From contig JBHGNT010000001.1 in the NCBI GenBank assembly GCA_043228905.1, positions 27,466,001 through 27,530,000 of the forward strand: a stretch of DNA of 64,000 bases. Reading direction: 5' to 3'. Under the pieces are notes generated by a model. The model saw only the letters and a program-made list of their open reading frames with translations, was not told the origin of the DNA and did not search any database. Both the position numbers and the translations under genes were made by a program. Source of the DNA: Azolla caroliniana. Its lineage: Eukaryota > Plantae > Polypodiophyta. This document shows, piece by piece, positions 60,475 to 64,000 of this stretch (positions are counted from its first letter, which is position 1; every line of letters starts with the position of its first letter).

Positions 60475-63400
60475 TTACAATATAAAGTGAGGAAATTGTG
60501 CCTTAAGAGTATGCTTGTGTTCCCATGTGGCATCATCAATAGGTTTATCCATCCATTTGATCTTAAATAGCCGAATCTCTTTAGAACGTAAACGTTTAGT
60601 ACGAGAATCAAGAATTCGTTGAGGAACATGAGGTTTGTAAGAAAAATCCTCTAATGTTACAAGATCTTGGATTGTGATGGTGTTATCACTAGAGCATAAA
60701 AATGGTTTTAGACGACTGACGTGAAAAACGGGATGAATACCAACGTTACGGGGTAAGGCAAGGTGATAAGCAGATGACCCAACCCGCTTAAGGATTTCAA
60801 ATGGGCCACAATAGCGTGGGGCTAACTTCGCACACTCGCCCGTAGACAATGATGTAGAGTCAGTAGGGACACACAAAAAATCTTTTTGACCAATAGTAAA
60901 TGCACGAGGATGTATATCCTGATCAGCATAAAATCGAGCACGATCTTGAGTTGTCTTGACATTTTCTTTGGCAATATGCAACATTTGGTTCATGTCTTGC
61001 AAAAAATTGTGTGTACTGTCTAATGTATCACGATGAACCGTGACATCGACTGGGGCACGTGGCTGAAAACCATACATCAACATAAAAGGACTATATCCAA
61101 TGGATGTATGTTTAGAGCTATTATAGGCAAATTCTATGGTAGGAAGGTATTGCTCCCACTTAGAAGGGGTTTTTGCTACATAAGCTCGAAGCATGTCCTC
61201 AATAATTTGATTAACTCGTTCAGTTTGTCCATCACTCTGAGGATGATCTATGGAACTCATGCTCAACGTAGTTTCTAGTTTCTTAAAGACTTGAGTCCAA
61301 AAGTCACTAGTAAACTTGGAATCTCGATCACTAACAATATCCATTGGTAATCCATAAAAACGAAATAACTCATCAACAAATTGATAAGTCAATTGTTAAG
61401 CGGTTACCGTGGTTTTGGTAGTAATAAATCTAGCCAATTTTGTTAGTTTGTCAACGACAACCCAAATGGCATCATGACCCCTCTGTGTACGAGGTAAACT
61501 AACAATAAAATCCATCGAGATACTTTCCCATTTGTTGTTGGGAATATCTAAGGGATGTAAACGACCCGCAGCTTTAAGTTGTTCTGACTTATTAATCTGA
61601 CATTGTAAGCATTGAGTTACGTATTTATGCACATCAGAGCATATCTTAGGCTAGAAAAAAGTACACGAGATGAGAATGAGTGTGCGTTGTATTCCAGGAT
61701 GACCAGCAGATGGTGCATGATGACATTCATGAAGAATTTTCTGTTTTACGTTTGGTAAATCTAGAACACAGACCTTTCCACTACGGTAGAGCAAACCATT
61801 TGTAATGTGAAAGGTCGCCTTCGAGGGTAGGGTAGTAGTATCGGCATCTAAACCAGATTCGGCTTTCATCCAGTATTTCGAAAAATAACTGTCATCAAGG
61901 TATTTCCCTCGAAGGTGATCTAAAAGATCAGATTTTATTTCCGTGAAGCTAAGCATGGTAACTTCGTTAATGCGACTAAGAGCATTGAACGCAACTGCGT
62001 TCATAGAACCCTTGCGATACCGTATGGAAAATCAAAATCTTGCATAAGGTCAACCCAACGACCTTTACGACCAACAAGATCTGACTGGTCACAAAAATAC
62101 TTCAATGATTGATGGTCTGTTGTAACCACAAATTTATTTCCATAGAGATAGTGCCTCCATGTTTTAAATGCTTGTATTACCACAAACAACTCTTTCTCTT
62201 GAACCGAATACCGAGATTGATCAGCATCAAGCTTCTTACTTTCAAAAGCAATAGGGTGACCTACTTCATAAAGAACAACACCAATAGCCTAATCACTAGC
62301 ATCGGTTTCGATTGAGAAAGGCTTAGAAGGGTTCGATAATAGAAGAGTGGGAGCCTGACACACATACTCTTTGAGTGTCTTGAATGATTTGCCAAGTTGA
62401 TCATTCCATGCAATTGGTTTGTCAGACTATGTGGATGACCTTTTAAAAGGTTAGTTAATGGCGTAGTCAATTTGGAATAGTTACGAACTGATTTTCGTAA
62501 AAATCCAACAAACCCTAAGAATGATCGTAGTTCACGAATATTATGAGGAATGGGCCAAAGTTTAACCTTTTCAATACGAGAAGGTTCAATTTCAACACCA
62601 TTTTCCATAATTAAATGACCTAGGTACACAATAGATTTTTGGAAAAAACCACATTTTGAATGTTTTGCATAGAAAGAGTTGTCATGCAACTTTTGCAAAA
62701 CAAATCGAACATGTTGAACATGATCTTGCAAGGTACGACTATATATCAAAATATCATCCAAGAAGACGACAACAAAATCACCGAGTTGATCTCGGAAAAC
62801 GTCATTCATCACTTGTTGGAATGTGGTTGGAGCCTTAGTCAACCCGAAAGGCATGACTAAAAACTCATAATGGCCATAACGCGTACGAAAAGCGGTTTTA
62901 GGAATATCATCCTCGGCAATGCGAATCTGATGATAACCTATTCGTGAGTCAATTTTCGTAAAATATCGGACCCCATGCAAACAATCAATCAAATCATCGA
63001 CACGAGGTAACGGATATGCATTTTTAATTGTCATTTTATTCAAACGGCGATAATTGATACACATTCGCCATGAACCTTCCTTCTGCTTAACTAATAGAAT
63101 TGGCGCACCCCAAGGTGATTTACTATACCTAATGTGGCCCATACTCAAGTATTCCTTAAGTTGTTTAGCGATCTCATCCTCTTCTAATTGACTACGTCGG
63201 TAAGATGGAATGCTCACAGGAGCAGCACCGGGGATGAGTTCAATTTGATGGTCCACATTACGTTTTGGTGGTAAAGTAAGCAACAATTCGTTAGGAAACA
63301 CGTCTTGAAAATCGTCTAAAATAGAGTCGAGTAATCATTGTTCATGATGTGGTAATTGTGTGGTGTCAATATTAAAATAATAAAATTGAAGCACAGGATC

Positions 63401-63830
63401 AATTCCACATGAATAAATTAATGAACTACAATACTCACTTAAAGATTTAGAAGACACAAGTGAACGAGAAGGAAGTTTGGAACATTGAATAAAATGTTTA
63501 CAATTATTAAGTTCAAATGTGATTGAGTGATTAACCGAATCAATGGACAAAGAAGGGTTTTTATTAAAAAACCAAGGGTATCCTAAAATGACATCTGCGG
63601 ATTGTAGTTTCATAACATGAAAGTCTAGCTTCTCCAAATAGGTATCTATTTGAATTGGTAGTTGACAAACAATGCCACTGATGTATTGAACGCTTCCATT
63701 TGCCATGTGAACTTGATAGATATGATCACTTGCGTTTATGTGGAGTTCCATTTGCTGCACAAAGTGATCATTAAGAAAATTGTGAGAACTACCAGAATCA
63801 AACAAGAAATGTGCTTGTGTTCCATTGATA
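60475..63830 (-). pseudogene. pol polyprotein, disrupted by several stops and frameshifts
   Basis: Protease LFDSGSSHNF; RT YPLPRVDDL, GYHQIRI...KTAFRTRYGHYEFLVMPFGL, VFLDDILIYS; RNase H TWRHYLYG...TDHQSLKY; integrase zinc finger H..P.AGHPG...CLQCQ, core ISMDFI, IVSDRD, HPQSDGQTERVNQ, PRYCGPF; chromodomain RILDSR...KIKWMDKPIDDATWE. Confidence 0.95.
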
Positions 63831-64000
63831 TACCCGACTGCTCAGAGTAAATCATTAGGTCCAAGTAAATGTGAAGGAAAAGTGCATTCACATGAACTTA
63901 AGTGGTTGGTATGATCTTCAACAACATCAAAAGACTCACCTGTGTGACTCGTAGATTTGTCTTGAGGAGGGGTGTTCATTGACTTCCTCTCAAGACTACA

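Larger units (their letters stand above)
59974..64000 (-). mobile_element. Ty3/gypsy chromovirus LTR retrotransposon (5' part outside the window)
   Basis: Domain order PR-RT-RH-INT-chromodomain, then PPT and LTR. Confidence 0.95.

Overview
Eukaryotic nuclear DNA from a land plant, most likely one with flagellated sperm (fern-like; inferred from an intact SPEF2/CPC1-type gene beside a BOP gene). 1-11.2 kb is a retrotransposon pile-up. A pol-less LTR element rich in tandem repeats (A, 3' LTR 3474-4240) is nested in the gag of a second Ty3/Athila-like element (B). B has gag, zinc knuckles and a protease that ends in a perfect 39-bp foldback palindrome, then a regular hairpin array, a spliced-looking extra 3' ORF, and PPT-LTR-PBS. 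A LINE ORF1 remnant follows. 13.7-38.8 kb (+) is a ~30-exon SPEF2/CPC1-like central-pair gene with an adenylate-kinase-like domain; its introns hold LINE fragments, a MITE, a probable solo LTR and local duplications. 48.65-51.19 kb (-) is a two-exon, much lengthened BLADE-ON-PETIOLE (NPR-family BTB/POZ-ankyrin) gene that appears to lack the family zinc-finger motif; upstream lie GA/RY-rich sequence and a perfect 37-bp hairpin. 58.5-59.2 kb is an hAT-type MITE, and 60-64 kb (-) is a decayed chromovirus (PR-RT-RH-INT-chromodomain) with its 3' LTR. All family assignments are from motif recognition by eye, not database searches. Most short ORFs in the track are spurious.
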